Source: Gemmatales bacterium (lineage in GTDB: Bacteria; Planctomycetota; Planctomycetia; Gemmatales; Gemmataceae). Taken from it: a stretch of DNA of 15,682 bases. The stretch is taken from the NCBI GenBank assembly GCA_038217425.1, contig JBBQPM010000165.1, positions 1 through 15,682 of the forward strand. The letters run 5' to 3'. The position numbers were made by a program, and so were the translations under genes. Under the pieces are notes generated by a model, which was not told where the DNA came from, made no database searches, and saw only the letters and a list, made by a program, of their open reading frames with translations. Of the stretch, positions 6,811 through 14,306 are shown piece by piece. The stretch's first letter is position 1. Every line of letters starts with the position of its first letter.

Positions 6811-8862
6811 GTGATCATGGATGCCGGTCGACGTCTGGAAGAAACCTACGAGCAGATGCTGCGCGAGAAGCTGCCCAACCTGTTTCGGCTCTACCTGAAT
6901 CCGTACGTCGTCGGGACGTGCCTGTGCCTGGAACGCATGATTCACATTTCCTGGCAGACGTCGGAGCCGTACCAGTCGTTCCTGGCGAACAGCTTCGACG
7001 AGGCGCTCAGCGGGGCGATCAAGCTGGCACGTTACGCCGCCAGCGTGACCGGCAAGCCGAGCCAGGGACTGGTGATCGACCGCGAGAACCGACTGGAATC
7101 GTTCGCGTCGTCCGGGGACGTGGTGTTTCTGCCGGGACTCACGATCGTCCGCAGCGCGGCATCGGCGGATGCGTCGTTCGGCTTCGTCGTCGAGGTCGGC
7201 TCCGAACCCGTCGCGACGTCGGCGCTGCGCGTCGTCTGCACCGATCGTGCGGCACTCGTCCATCGGCGGACGCAGCCGTCGGCTTCTCCAGATATCGTCG
7301 TGTTCGACGAATCGTTCGTGTGCCGCGACGTTCCGTTCGGCGCCTTCGCGGCCCGCAAGAGTCTTTACGATCACTGGAATCGGCCCGGGAAATCGACCTT
7401 TCACTCGACCACGTTTCAGCCCAACACCGTCTCGACGCTGCACTTCATGAGCTGCCTCGAGCGCGACGACCCGGAGTGTTACGCCCAGATCGCCGCCGAT
7501 CTTCGGCGTCTCGAGGACGATCCAGCGCTTCGGCTAAAACTCTTACGGCGACTCTACAGCCCGTCCCTCGCCAACGCCATCGCGGCGACGGGATGCGACA
7601 CGCCCGATGTCCGCGCCGAAGGGCACTACGTGTTCGTCGACGGCCGCAAGATCTTCGACGGCGTGGGCGGAGTCGCCTGCAGCGTGCGCGGACACAACCC
7701 GCCGACGTATGCCGAGGAAATCGCCGATCTCGCCGACGTCGATTGTGCCGGGGAACTAAAGGCGAGGCTGCACGCGTCGACCGGATTGCCGAACCTGCTC
7801 CCCGCGGTCAGCGGCGCCAGCGCGGTCGAGAACGCGCTCAAGCTCGTCCTGGTCGCGCAGTCCCCGCGCAAACACGTTCTCGCGCTCAAGTCGGGCTTCG
7901 GCGGCAAGACCTTGCTGGCGCTCGCGGGCACCTGGAATTCCTCGTACAAACAACATCTCGACCCGCTCTACGCCGAGGTGCTCTACGTCGATCCGTTCGC
8001 CGACGACGCCGTCATGCAGATCGAGGCGATTCTGCGGACCACGCCCGTCGCGGTCGTGCACATGGAGTTGATCCAGGGCGTGGGGGGCGTGCGCCGCGTG
8101 CCGGAAGCGATCGTGCGCCATCTCGATGCGGCCCGGCCGAGCCATGGATTTTTACTGCTCATCGACGAAGTTCAAACGGGCATGTTCCGCACCGGGCCGT
8201 TCACGCTTTCCCGCGCCATGGGAGTGACGCCCGATCTGCTCGCCATCGGCAAGGCCGTCTCCGACATGATGATTCCGTTCGCCGTCACGCTCTACTCGCA
8301 GCAACTTCAGCAAAAGCTGACGCAGCTCGGCTCGACGTTGCCGGAATGCATTCGCGATCGGTATTCGTATCCGATCGCATATCAGACGGCGCTGAACGCC
8401 CTTCGCTTCGCGGAGAAAACGGGATTGGCCGAGCGCGTGGCAGAATCGGGCGCGGCGTTCGCCCGACGGCTCGTGGAGGAACTGGCGACGTGCAAAGCCG
8501 TCCGCGCCGTCCGAGTCTTCGGGCTTTTGATCGGCATCGAACTCGACGCGTCGCGCTGGCCGCAGCGCTGGTTTGCGAAACGCCTCTTCTGGTTCTATCT
8601 GTCCGCGATGTTGCAGCATCCGCGCTTCCCGGTCCTCGTCGGTTTCTGCCAGTATGAACCGAACGTCCTCAAGATCACGCCGCCGCTCACCACCGATGCG
8701 GACGAGATTCGGCAGATCTGCGCGACGATCGGCGACGTCTTACGGCGACCGTTCTATCGTCTCTTGATTTCCGCCGTCGGCGGAATGTGGAAGTCGTTCG
8801 GTCTAGGGAGGAAGAAACATGCAGTCCCTGAAAGCCCAGCCCCTCAGCCTGTTTCGCATTGA
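6811..8862 (+). CDS. tandem class-III (omega-amine type) aminotransferase: degenerate N-terminal pseudo-domain plus complete PLP domain
   Basis: 683 aa. Start is GTG 6811 or ATG 6817, with AGGAG at 6802-6806, 7 nt after the upstream stop. The C-terminal domain carries SGASAVENALKL, ELIQGVGGV, IDEVQTGMFRTG and PDLLAIGKAVSD (PLP Lys codon AAG 8251-8253). Residues about 20-245 repeat the same fold signature in shortened form (LYLNPYV, SFDEALSGAIKLAR, FDESF, PFGAFAARKSLYD, FHSTTFQPN) but lack the Lys segment. Confidence 0.85.
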   Translation: MIMDAGRRLEETYEQMLREKLPNLFRLYLNPYVVGTCLCLERMIHISWQTSEPYQSFLANSFDEALSGAIKLARYAASVTGKPSQGLVIDRENRLESFASSGDVVFLPGLTIVRSAASADASFGFVVEVGSEPVATSALRVVCTDRAALVHRRTQPSASPDIVVFDESFVCRDVPFGAFAARKSLYDHWNRPGKSTFHSTTFQPNTVSTLHFMSCLERDDPECYAQIAADLRRLEDDPALRLKLLRRLYSPSLANAIAATGCDTPDVRAEGHYVFVDGRKIFDGVGGVACSVRGHNPPTYAEEIADLADVDCAGELKARLHASTGLPNLLPAVSGASAVENALKLVLVAQSPRKHVLALKSGFGGKTLLALAGTWNSSYKQHLDPLYAEVLYVDPFADDAVMQIEAILRTTPVAVVHMELIQGVGGVRRVPEAIVRHLDAARPSHGFLLLIDEVQTGMFRTGPFTLSRAMGVTPDLLAIGKAVSDMMIPFAVTLYSQQLQQKLTQLGSTLPECIRDRYSYPIAYQTALNALRFAEKTGLAERVAESGAAFARRLVEELATCKAVRAVRVFGLLIGIELDASRWPQRWFAKRLFWFYLSAMLQHPRFPVLVGFCQYEPNVLKITPPLTTDADEIRQICATIGDVLRRPFYRLLISAVGGMWKSFGLGRKKHAVPESPAPQPVSH

Positions 8863-9370
8863 GTTCGACGAACTCTACGCCCGCCATCTGTGCCGGCATT
8901 CGCAGCGGGGCATCAACGCCATTCACCTCGCCGCGCTCTTCGGCATCTGGTACGCGGTCTACGGGTTGCTCCACTGGGCCGTCGGCCTCGACGGGGTGCT
9001 CGCAGTCCCGGCGCTTTCGTATCTCTTGATCCTGGCGCCGAATGTGCCGCTCCGCGTCCTCGTGGCGATGGCGTTTTTTCTCGGCGTCCTCATCGCGGCG
9101 GTGCTGCTGCTCCCGGCGCCGTGGTGGGCGTACCTCCTCATGATCCCGGCGCTTGCCAAAATCCAGTCGTGGAGCCATCGCTTCTACACGGCCACGCGCG
9201 ACATGACGGAGTTCAACCGGAAGTACGTCAAGGGGCGGGTGCTCTTCGTGGTGCTCTTGATATACGAGGTGCCGATCGTGCTCAACCTTCTTTTGTGCCC
9301 GCGTGAACTGCCCGCGGTTTTCGGCGCCGAGCGGTCGAGCGAAACATCGAGACCAGCATGTTCGTCGTGA
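8819..9370 (+). CDS. DUF962 / Mpo1-like four-helix membrane protein
   Basis: ATG 8819 follows GGGAGG (8806-8811). The protein is 183 aa with about four hydrophobic helices. The N-terminal Y..H...H....N.IH pattern and a late Q.WSH.F segment resemble the yeast Mpo1/YGL010w family as I recall it. It overlaps the aminotransferase 3-prime end by 44 nt and the convergent GT 3-prime end by 89 nt. Confidence 0.5.
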   Translation: MQSLKAQPLSLFRIEFDELYARHLCRHSQRGINAIHLAALFGIWYAVYGLLHWAVGLDGVLAVPALSYLLILAPNVPLRVLVAMAFFLGVLIAAVLLLPAPWWAYLLMIPALAKIQSWSHRFYTATRDMTEFNRKYVKGRVLFVVLLIYEVPIVLNLLLCPRELPAVFGAERSSETSRPACSS

Positions 9371-10529
9371 AGCGGGCGATGCTTTCGCCCCACGCCGGCC
9401 TTGGCGCCGAGTGCTCGATCGCCTGCAGGTACGCCTCGCGCACCCGGCCGATCGAGTGTTCCCAGTTCCGCGCTTCGATGGTCTGCCGGGCGGCGGCGCC
9501 GATGCGGGCACGGGTTTCGGGCTCCTTCAGGATGGTGCGCGTCCAGCGGACCGCGTCGTCCGTGTCTTGCGGTCGGTAGAGGTAGCCGGACTCGGCATGG
9601 GTTAGCAGATTCGGAATGCCGCCGGCCTGCGGCGCGACCACGGCACAGCCGGTCGCCATCGCCTCGAGCACCACGTTGCCCATCGTCTCTGTTTCCGACG
9701 CGTAGAGAAACGCATCGGCCGAGGCGTACGCGGCGGCCAACTCTTCCCCCTTCAGGTATCCGAAGAAGTTGGTGTCCGTCCCCTCGAAGCGGCGCTCCAG
9801 GTTCGCACGGGTCGGGCCGTCCCCCACGATCGCCAAGGTACATTCGGGAAACGCGCGCATCACGTTCGCCAGGAAGCCGACGTTCTTCTCGGGCGCCAGA
9901 CGCGAGACCGTGAGCAAGAGCGGACGCTCGGGTCGCCCGTGCGTCAGGCGATTCCGCATCGCGGCGCTTTGGCGCTTCGGATGAAAGAGATCGCTGTCGA
10001 CGGCCGGGGGCCAAAGCTCGACGCGTTCGAAGCCCCGGCTCTTCAGATCTTCCTGCATGATGGGCGAGACGGTGAGGTTTACGTCGGCGCGATTGTGGTA
10101 GTTGCGCATCAGCCACCAGATCAGCGCCGAGAGGGGCCGCAGCGCCTGGTAGCCCTTCACGAACTCGCCGTACAGCGTGTGGAAGGAGAAGACGCTCGGC
10201 ACGTTCATCCCGGACTGACGCAGGAGATCGTTGACGCGAAAGCCGAACGCGAAGGGGTTGACGTAGTGCAGCACGTCGGGACGAAACGCGCGGAGCTTCG
10301 CCGCCAGGCTGCGGTCGGGCAGGCCGATGCGATATTCGGGGTAGAGCGGAAACGAAAAGCTCGGCACCGGCAGCACGGGTATGTCGCAGCGCTCGCATCC
10401 GGGCGCCTGGGGACAGACGACGAGGAGTTCATCGCCGTGCTGGGGGAGTTGGCGAATGAGATGGAGCGTGCGATTGACGACGCCGTCGATCTTGGGCAGG
10501 AAGACTTCGGAGATGATGGCGACTTTCAT
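9282..10529 (-). CDS. GT4-family lipid glycosyltransferase, SQD2/SqdX-like (diacylglycerol glycosyltransferase type)
   Basis: 415 aa from ATG at 10529, preceded by AGGAG. It aligns by eye along its length with plant SQD2: I.SE.FLPK.DGV..R, SF.FPLYPE, LW...VDS..F.P, GRPE.PLL..V.RL..EK, IVGDGP....LE..F, F.G.L.G.EL..AYAS.D.F...SETET.G.VVLEAM..G..VV....GGIP.L. The EX7E motif is at nt 9663-9689. Confidence 0.9.
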   Translation of the reverse strand: MKVAIISEVFLPKIDGVVNRTLHLIRQLPQHGDELLVVCPQAPGCERCDIPVLPVPSFSFPLYPEYRIGLPDRSLAAKLRAFRPDVLHYVNPFAFGFRVNDLLRQSGMNVPSVFSFHTLYGEFVKGYQALRPLSALIWWLMRNYHNRADVNLTVSPIMQEDLKSRGFERVELWPPAVDSDLFHPKRQSAAMRNRLTHGRPERPLLLTVSRLAPEKNVGFLANVMRAFPECTLAIVGDGPTRANLERRFEGTDTNFFGYLKGEELAAAYASADAFLYASETETMGNVVLEAMATGCAVVAPQAGGIPNLLTHAESGYLYRPQDTDDAVRWTRTILKEPETRARIGAAARQTIEARNWEHSIGRVREAYLQAIEHSAPRPAWGESIARFTTNMLVSMFRSTARRRKPRAVHAGTKEG

Positions 10530-10541
10530 GGCGCTCCTGGG

Positions 10542-11381
10542 TCAGGGGGCGATTTTCTGGGCGAGATGGATTTCGATGCTGTGATGATCTTCCAGAGGGA
10601 ACAAGAAGCGATTGAGTGCGAAGCGCGTGAAGGCGCCGGCTTGGTGCAGGCCGATCGCTTCGATGAAGGGGGTGAGCCAGCCGCCGTAGTAGGCGAACTC
10701 GAGGAATTCGTCGACGTTGCGGAAGCGCAGTTTCGGCTCGAAGGTTTCGGATTGGCGGATCGCGAAGTTGTTTTGTTTGAGGGTGTCGACGACTTCCTGC
10801 CGATTCGCGGGGCTCATGACCATGCTCTCGACGTCGAGTTTGGGCCCGCGGAAAAGGAACTTGAGGAGTTTGCTGTCGGCCTTGGCCTGGAGTTTGGGGT
10901 AGGAACGTTTGGTCGCGCCGAGGTAGGACCAGTAGCCGCCGACGGCGAGTCGGCTCCAGACTTTGGGCGCCAGGATGCTCAAGGGGACGAAGCCGCTGAT
11001 AAAATGGGTGCAGATGAGATCGAACGATTGATCGCGGAAATGGGCGTCGAGATTGGCGGCGGTGTCGACGGTGCCGACGAGATCGGGAAACTTGCGGTAG
11101 GCGCAGTCGATCATCTTGGGCGAGAGGTCGAGGCCGAAGGGTTGGATCTGATCGTCGGCGAGGGCTTTGAGGCGGGTGAGGAACATGCCGGTGCCCATGC
11201 CGACGTCGTAGACGGAGAGCCGGGTCGAGCCGTCGCCGAGGAGTCGCTGTTTGCGGATTTGGGCGACGGCGCGGTCAAGGGTGTCGCCGTTGACGGATTG
11301 GGGATCGAGGTCGTAGCGGGAGGCGATGACTTCGTCGTACTGACGCTGAATGGCGCTGGTCGTCATGGGGAAGGTTTCCAT
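10542..11381 (-). CDS. class I SAM-dependent methyltransferase with uncharacterised C-terminal extension
   Basis: Motif I is VYDVGMGTG, post-I is GLDLSPKMI, motif II is FDLICTHF and motif III is LAVGGYW. The stop at 10542-10544 is 12 nt upstream of the GT start, so the two are probably co-transcribed. The start is uncertain: the track uses TTG 11411, and ATG candidates are at 11381 and 11366. Confidence 0.8.
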   Translation of the reverse strand: METFPMTTSAIQRQYDEVIASRYDLDPQSVNGDTLDRAVAQIRKQRLLGDGSTRLSVYDVGMGTGMFLTRLKALADDQIQPFGLDLSPKMIDCAYRKFPDLVGTVDTAANLDAHFRDQSFDLICTHFISGFVPLSILAPKVWSRLAVGGYWSYLGATKRSYPKLQAKADSKLLKFLFRGPKLDVESMVMSPANRQEVVDTLKQNNFAIRQSETFEPKLRFRNVDEFLEFAYYGGWLTPFIEAIGLHQAGAFTRFALNRFLFPLEDHHSIEIHLAQKIAP

Positions 11382-11480
11382 CGGGGTTGGCTCGGACTGA
11401 CCCTGGGTCAATAAACGAAAGAGGCGCGAGCATTGAATGAAGACGCGAGGGGGATTGCGTCAAGTTAGGTTGAAGGGATC

Positions 11481-11509
11481 TTCACATCGCGACCGGTCGA
11501 GTCTACAAT
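11481..11509 (+). promoter_or_regulatory. candidate sigma70-type promoter for the Kelch gene (TTCACA-N17-TACAAT)
   Basis: TTCACA at 11481-11486, an exact 17-nt spacer, and TACAAT at 11504-11509. It lies in the divergent intergenic region, about 60-95 nt upstream of the candidate start codons. Whether this consensus applies to this organism's housekeeping sigma factor is assumed. Confidence 0.4.
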
Positions 11510-11602
11510 TACCGAGTTCCAGTTGAGCATGCTCCGCCATCGCATCCAGGCCCTTCTTCCGCGTATGCAATGCAGCTCAAATACCGAAGCCTACCTGGGG
11601 AG

Positions 11603-12598
11603 ATGCGGATGCGAATGGCAACTTGTTTGATGGCGTGGATGCTGGCGAGCGTCGGTTGGAGTGCGGAGGGGAAAGCAGTCTACCCGCCGCTCCCGGAAAG
11701 CTTCTCCAGTTTCGGCGCCGCCGTCTCGGACGGATTCGTCTACGTTTACGGCGGGCACGTGGCCAAGACCCACGTCTATTCCACCGAGGCGGTCACGGGG
11801 AAGTTTCGCAGGTTGCGCCTGGCCGATCCCGCCAAGGGCTGGGAAGAACTCCCCGCCGGGCCCCCCCTTCAGGGACTGGCGCTGGTGGCGCACGCCGGCA
11901 AGATCTATCGCATCGGCGGCATGCATCCGCGCAACAAGCCCGACGAAAAAGCCGACAACCACTCCGTCGCCAGTTGCGACGTTTTCGATCCCAAGACAAA
12001 GCAATGGCAGGCGCTGCCCGACCTCCCCGCGGCCCGGTCGTCGCACGATGCCGTCGTGGTCGGCGATCAGCTCCTCGTCGTCGGCGGCTGGAATCTGAAA
12101 GGTCGCGGCAACGGCTACCACTACGACGAGCACGCCCTGGTTCTCGATCTCTCCCAGAAGAAACTGCACTGGGACACGATCCCACAACCCTTCAAACGAA
12201 GGGCGCTGCAGACCGCCGTGTTCGACGCCAAGGTCTACGTCTTCGGCGGCATGGACGACGAGAACACCATCGAACTCGCCGTCGACGTCCTCGATCCCAA
12301 GACCAAGAAATGGTCGTCGGCTCCCGCGATCCCGGGCGCACGCCGAAATGGCTTTTCCCCCGCGGCTTGCGTCAGCGACGGCAAGCTATACCTCAGCCCG
12401 CCCAACGGGATCGTGTATCGGCTCACCGAAAAGAAGGACCGCTGGGAGGAAGTCGGCGCCCTCCAAAAGCCCCGCCTCGTGCACCGCATGGTGCCCGCCG
12501 GGGAGAACCGGCTGTTGGTCCTGGGAGGCGCCTCCGGACCCGAAAACATCGCCGCCGTCGAGGCGATCGAACCCAAAGTCCAGCCCAAGAAAGATTGA
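11603..12598 (+). CDS. secreted Kelch-repeat beta-propeller protein (about six blades)
   Basis: The signal-peptide-like N-terminus MRMRMATCLMAWMLASVGWSA/EG starts at ATG 11603. An alternative ATG at 11570 gives 342 aa. Blade signatures recur: FVYVYGGH, KIYRIGGM, QLLVVGGW, KVYVFGGM, KLYLSPP and RLLVLGGA, with intervening W/DP.T..W motifs. Confidence 0.8.
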   Translation: MRMRMATCLMAWMLASVGWSAEGKAVYPPLPESFSSFGAAVSDGFVYVYGGHVAKTHVYSTEAVTGKFRRLRLADPAKGWEELPAGPPLQGLALVAHAGKIYRIGGMHPRNKPDEKADNHSVASCDVFDPKTKQWQALPDLPAARSSHDAVVVGDQLLVVGGWNLKGRGNGYHYDEHALVLDLSQKKLHWDTIPQPFKRRALQTAVFDAKVYVFGGMDDENTIELAVDVLDPKTKKWSSAPAIPGARRNGFSPAACVSDGKLYLSPPNGIVYRLTEKKDRWEEVGALQKPRLVHRMVPAGENRLLVLGGASGPENIAAVEAIEPKVQPKKD

Positions 12599-12612
12599 CA
12601 GTTCCCGTCACG

Positions 12613-14088
12613 CTACGGATCTTGTTCTACGACCGGCGGCGGGGGAGCAGCCATGCGGCGGGACGGCTCGTTCCATAAGCGGAAGCCAATGTCTTCAGCC
12701 GGCGCAATTGCAGGCGCAACATACCACGCCGCTTTCCCCAACGGCTCGCGGACGATGGCGCCTTGGTCGTCGTTTTCATCGATGCCGATGGAATAGACGA
12801 CGATGCCCTCCGCCTCCTCGCGATACCGCAAGGGTTGCCCGTCCACGGGATCGACGGGCAACGCAGGGAGCAGCTTCTCGGCAACCAGCACCTCCAGCGT
12901 CTTCGGCCAGCGCTTGTGCTCGAGCCGATACCGTTCGCAGGCGAGCGCCACGAGCGTCGTTCGCAGCACTGCCTGACTGCGGAGTTCATAGGCATGAATC
13001 CTCACGCAAAACGAAAAGGAGGCCCCGTCGAGCGGATCGCGTGCTTTGCCGTCGGTATGATCATGAAGTTCCTGCAGCTTGGCCTTCTGCTGGTGCAGCG
13101 GCAGTTTCGCAATTTCGATCAGCCGATTCGTGAAGCGAAGATGGGCCGGGTAGTACTTCAGTACCAACTTCGGAAACTCCTCATGGATCCAATCTCCCAG
13201 CGTCATGTTGTCTCGGGCGGCGAACCATTTACGCGGCACGGGATGCTGGGTCACCTTGCCATTGCGAATATTCTCAAAGCAGTGGTGAAACCCCGCCCGC
13301 TCTCCTTTGAGCGTGCCGATCCAGTTGCTTTCTTCAATCTCGCGCGCCACCAACATTTGTAAGGTGAGCAGGCTCTCCTTGGACGGACTTCCCTGGGCGA
13401 GGATGCGCTCGGCCGTTTCTGCAAACTTGCGGTGATTGCCCATACGACTCAAATGGGAACCCAGAAAGCGATCGTCCCCGATCGTCCGTCCGATGTTCAG
13501 AATCGCCCGACAGTTGCCCAGCGCCTCAGCGCAGCGATTCTGCTGGGCCAAAAGATAGGCGTCATGAAGCAGCCATTCCGAGATCGAACGAGCCGCATCA
13601 TGAGCCGGCATCTGCGTCCAGATATAATCGGCACTGAACTCGATGGCAAAGCGGCCGTGCGGCATGTCCTTCAGCTTGCGAGCTTCGGCGATTGCCGCCG
13701 GCGCGCTGTAGAGTCGGCTCCGGATCAGGTCGATTTGCTGCAAGTTCATCCGCTGGGTCGGCTTCAACGCGGCGAAGATCTTGTCGTAATCCGCCGCCGT
13801 CGAGACGCACAACTTGGGCGCTTTGCTGTGCGCCCGGAGGATCTGCAAAGCGGCGTTGTCCGCATCGAGAATCGGCGGGCGATCGGCTTCGAGTTCGGCG
13901 AGCCGCCAGCGCGGTTCCAGGGCGTCGGTTTCCGCCTCGGCGCAACTCCAGTCGTGGTCGAGGGCGATTCCGAGTAGGTCCAACACGCACAGAATCACAC
14001 ATCCCGTGACGACGACGCAGATGAGTCCGACCAGCCACCAGCGCCGCCTGGGCCTCGACGACGTGACGGGAGTCGATTGCGTGTTCAT
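12613..14088 (-). CDS. hypothetical single-pass membrane-anchored protein, largely helical
   Basis: I prefer the ATG at 14088 (MNTQSTPVTSSRPRRRWWLVGLICVVVTGCVILCVL), which gives a positive-inside N-terminus plus one TM helix. The track ORF extends to 14298 through lower-GC3, hairpin-rich sequence that I take as non-coding, and ATG 14151 is another option. The C-terminal string YRLEHKRWPKTLEVLV...LPALPVDPVDGQPLRY......VVYSIGIDENDDQG is a motif I recall from many uncharacterised PVC proteins and from pseudopilin C-termini. Confidence 0.65.
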   Translation of the reverse strand: MNTQSTPVTSSRPRRRWWLVGLICVVVTGCVILCVLDLLGIALDHDWSCAEAETDALEPRWRLAELEADRPPILDADNAALQILRAHSKAPKLCVSTAADYDKIFAALKPTQRMNLQQIDLIRSRLYSAPAAIAEARKLKDMPHGRFAIEFSADYIWTQMPAHDAARSISEWLLHDAYLLAQQNRCAEALGNCRAILNIGRTIGDDRFLGSHLSRMGNHRKFAETAERILAQGSPSKESLLTLQMLVAREIEESNWIGTLKGERAGFHHCFENIRNGKVTQHPVPRKWFAARDNMTLGDWIHEEFPKLVLKYYPAHLRFTNRLIEIAKLPLHQQKAKLQELHDHTDGKARDPLDGASFSFCVRIHAYELRSQAVLRTTLVALACERYRLEHKRWPKTLEVLVAEKLLPALPVDPVDGQPLRYREEAEGIVVYSIGIDENDDQGAIVREPLGKAAWYVAPAIAPAEDIGFRLWNEPSRRMAAPPPPVVEQDP

Positions 14089-14213
14089 GGAACCAGCATA
14101 CCGTGCCGCCAGGTCAATTCCAAGCGTCTCATTTTCGAAGGTCCACGGCATAACCTTCGCGCGAGGACACTGGTACATAAACGTCACGATCTTGCCCCGG
14201 AAGTATAGTTTCC

Positions 14214-14306
14214 TCTGCCCCTGCCGGGGCAGTCGAATTTCGTCGTGCATCCACGGGTTGCGCTGCGCTCCACCCGTGGCTACCTTCCGCCGCCCCATCC
14301 GGGGCG
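14214..14306. repeat. cluster of three perfect hairpins (REP-like intergenic element)
   Basis: Hairpin 1 is CTGCCCC-TGCC-GGGGCAG (14214-14231). Hairpin 2 is CCACGGGT-N13-ACCCGTGG (14250-14278). Hairpin 3 is CGCCCC-ATCC-GGGGCG (14291-14306). Hairpins 1 and 3 share a GCCCC-N4-GGGGC core. The cluster lies in the divergent intergenic region between 14088 and 14634. Confidence 0.4.

Noticed and set aside
5271-6818. 515-aa minus-strand ORF mirroring the flavoprotein gene
   Set aside because: It is almost exactly antisense to 5256..6803. It is Arg/Ala/Gly-rich and has no motifs, whereas the plus-strand frame shows a TM helix and FAD_binding_4-like signatures.
6918-8657. 579-aa plus-strand ORF inside the aminotransferase gene
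   Set aside because: It is off-frame and made of roughly one-third Arg. The in-frame 6811..8862 product carries all the class-III aminotransferase motifs.
9939-11414. 491-aa plus-strand ORF across the GT and methyltransferase genes (also 9184..10398 on the minus strand)
   Set aside because: It is the antisense or off-frame shadow of two well-supported minus-strand genes. It is a low-complexity E/G/A/D/V or R-rich sequence that spans an intergenic gap, which a real gene would not do.
11623-12678. 351-aa plus-strand ORF overlapping the Kelch gene
   Set aside because: It is an off-frame Arg-rich shadow, and the Kelch frame shows six repeated blade motifs.
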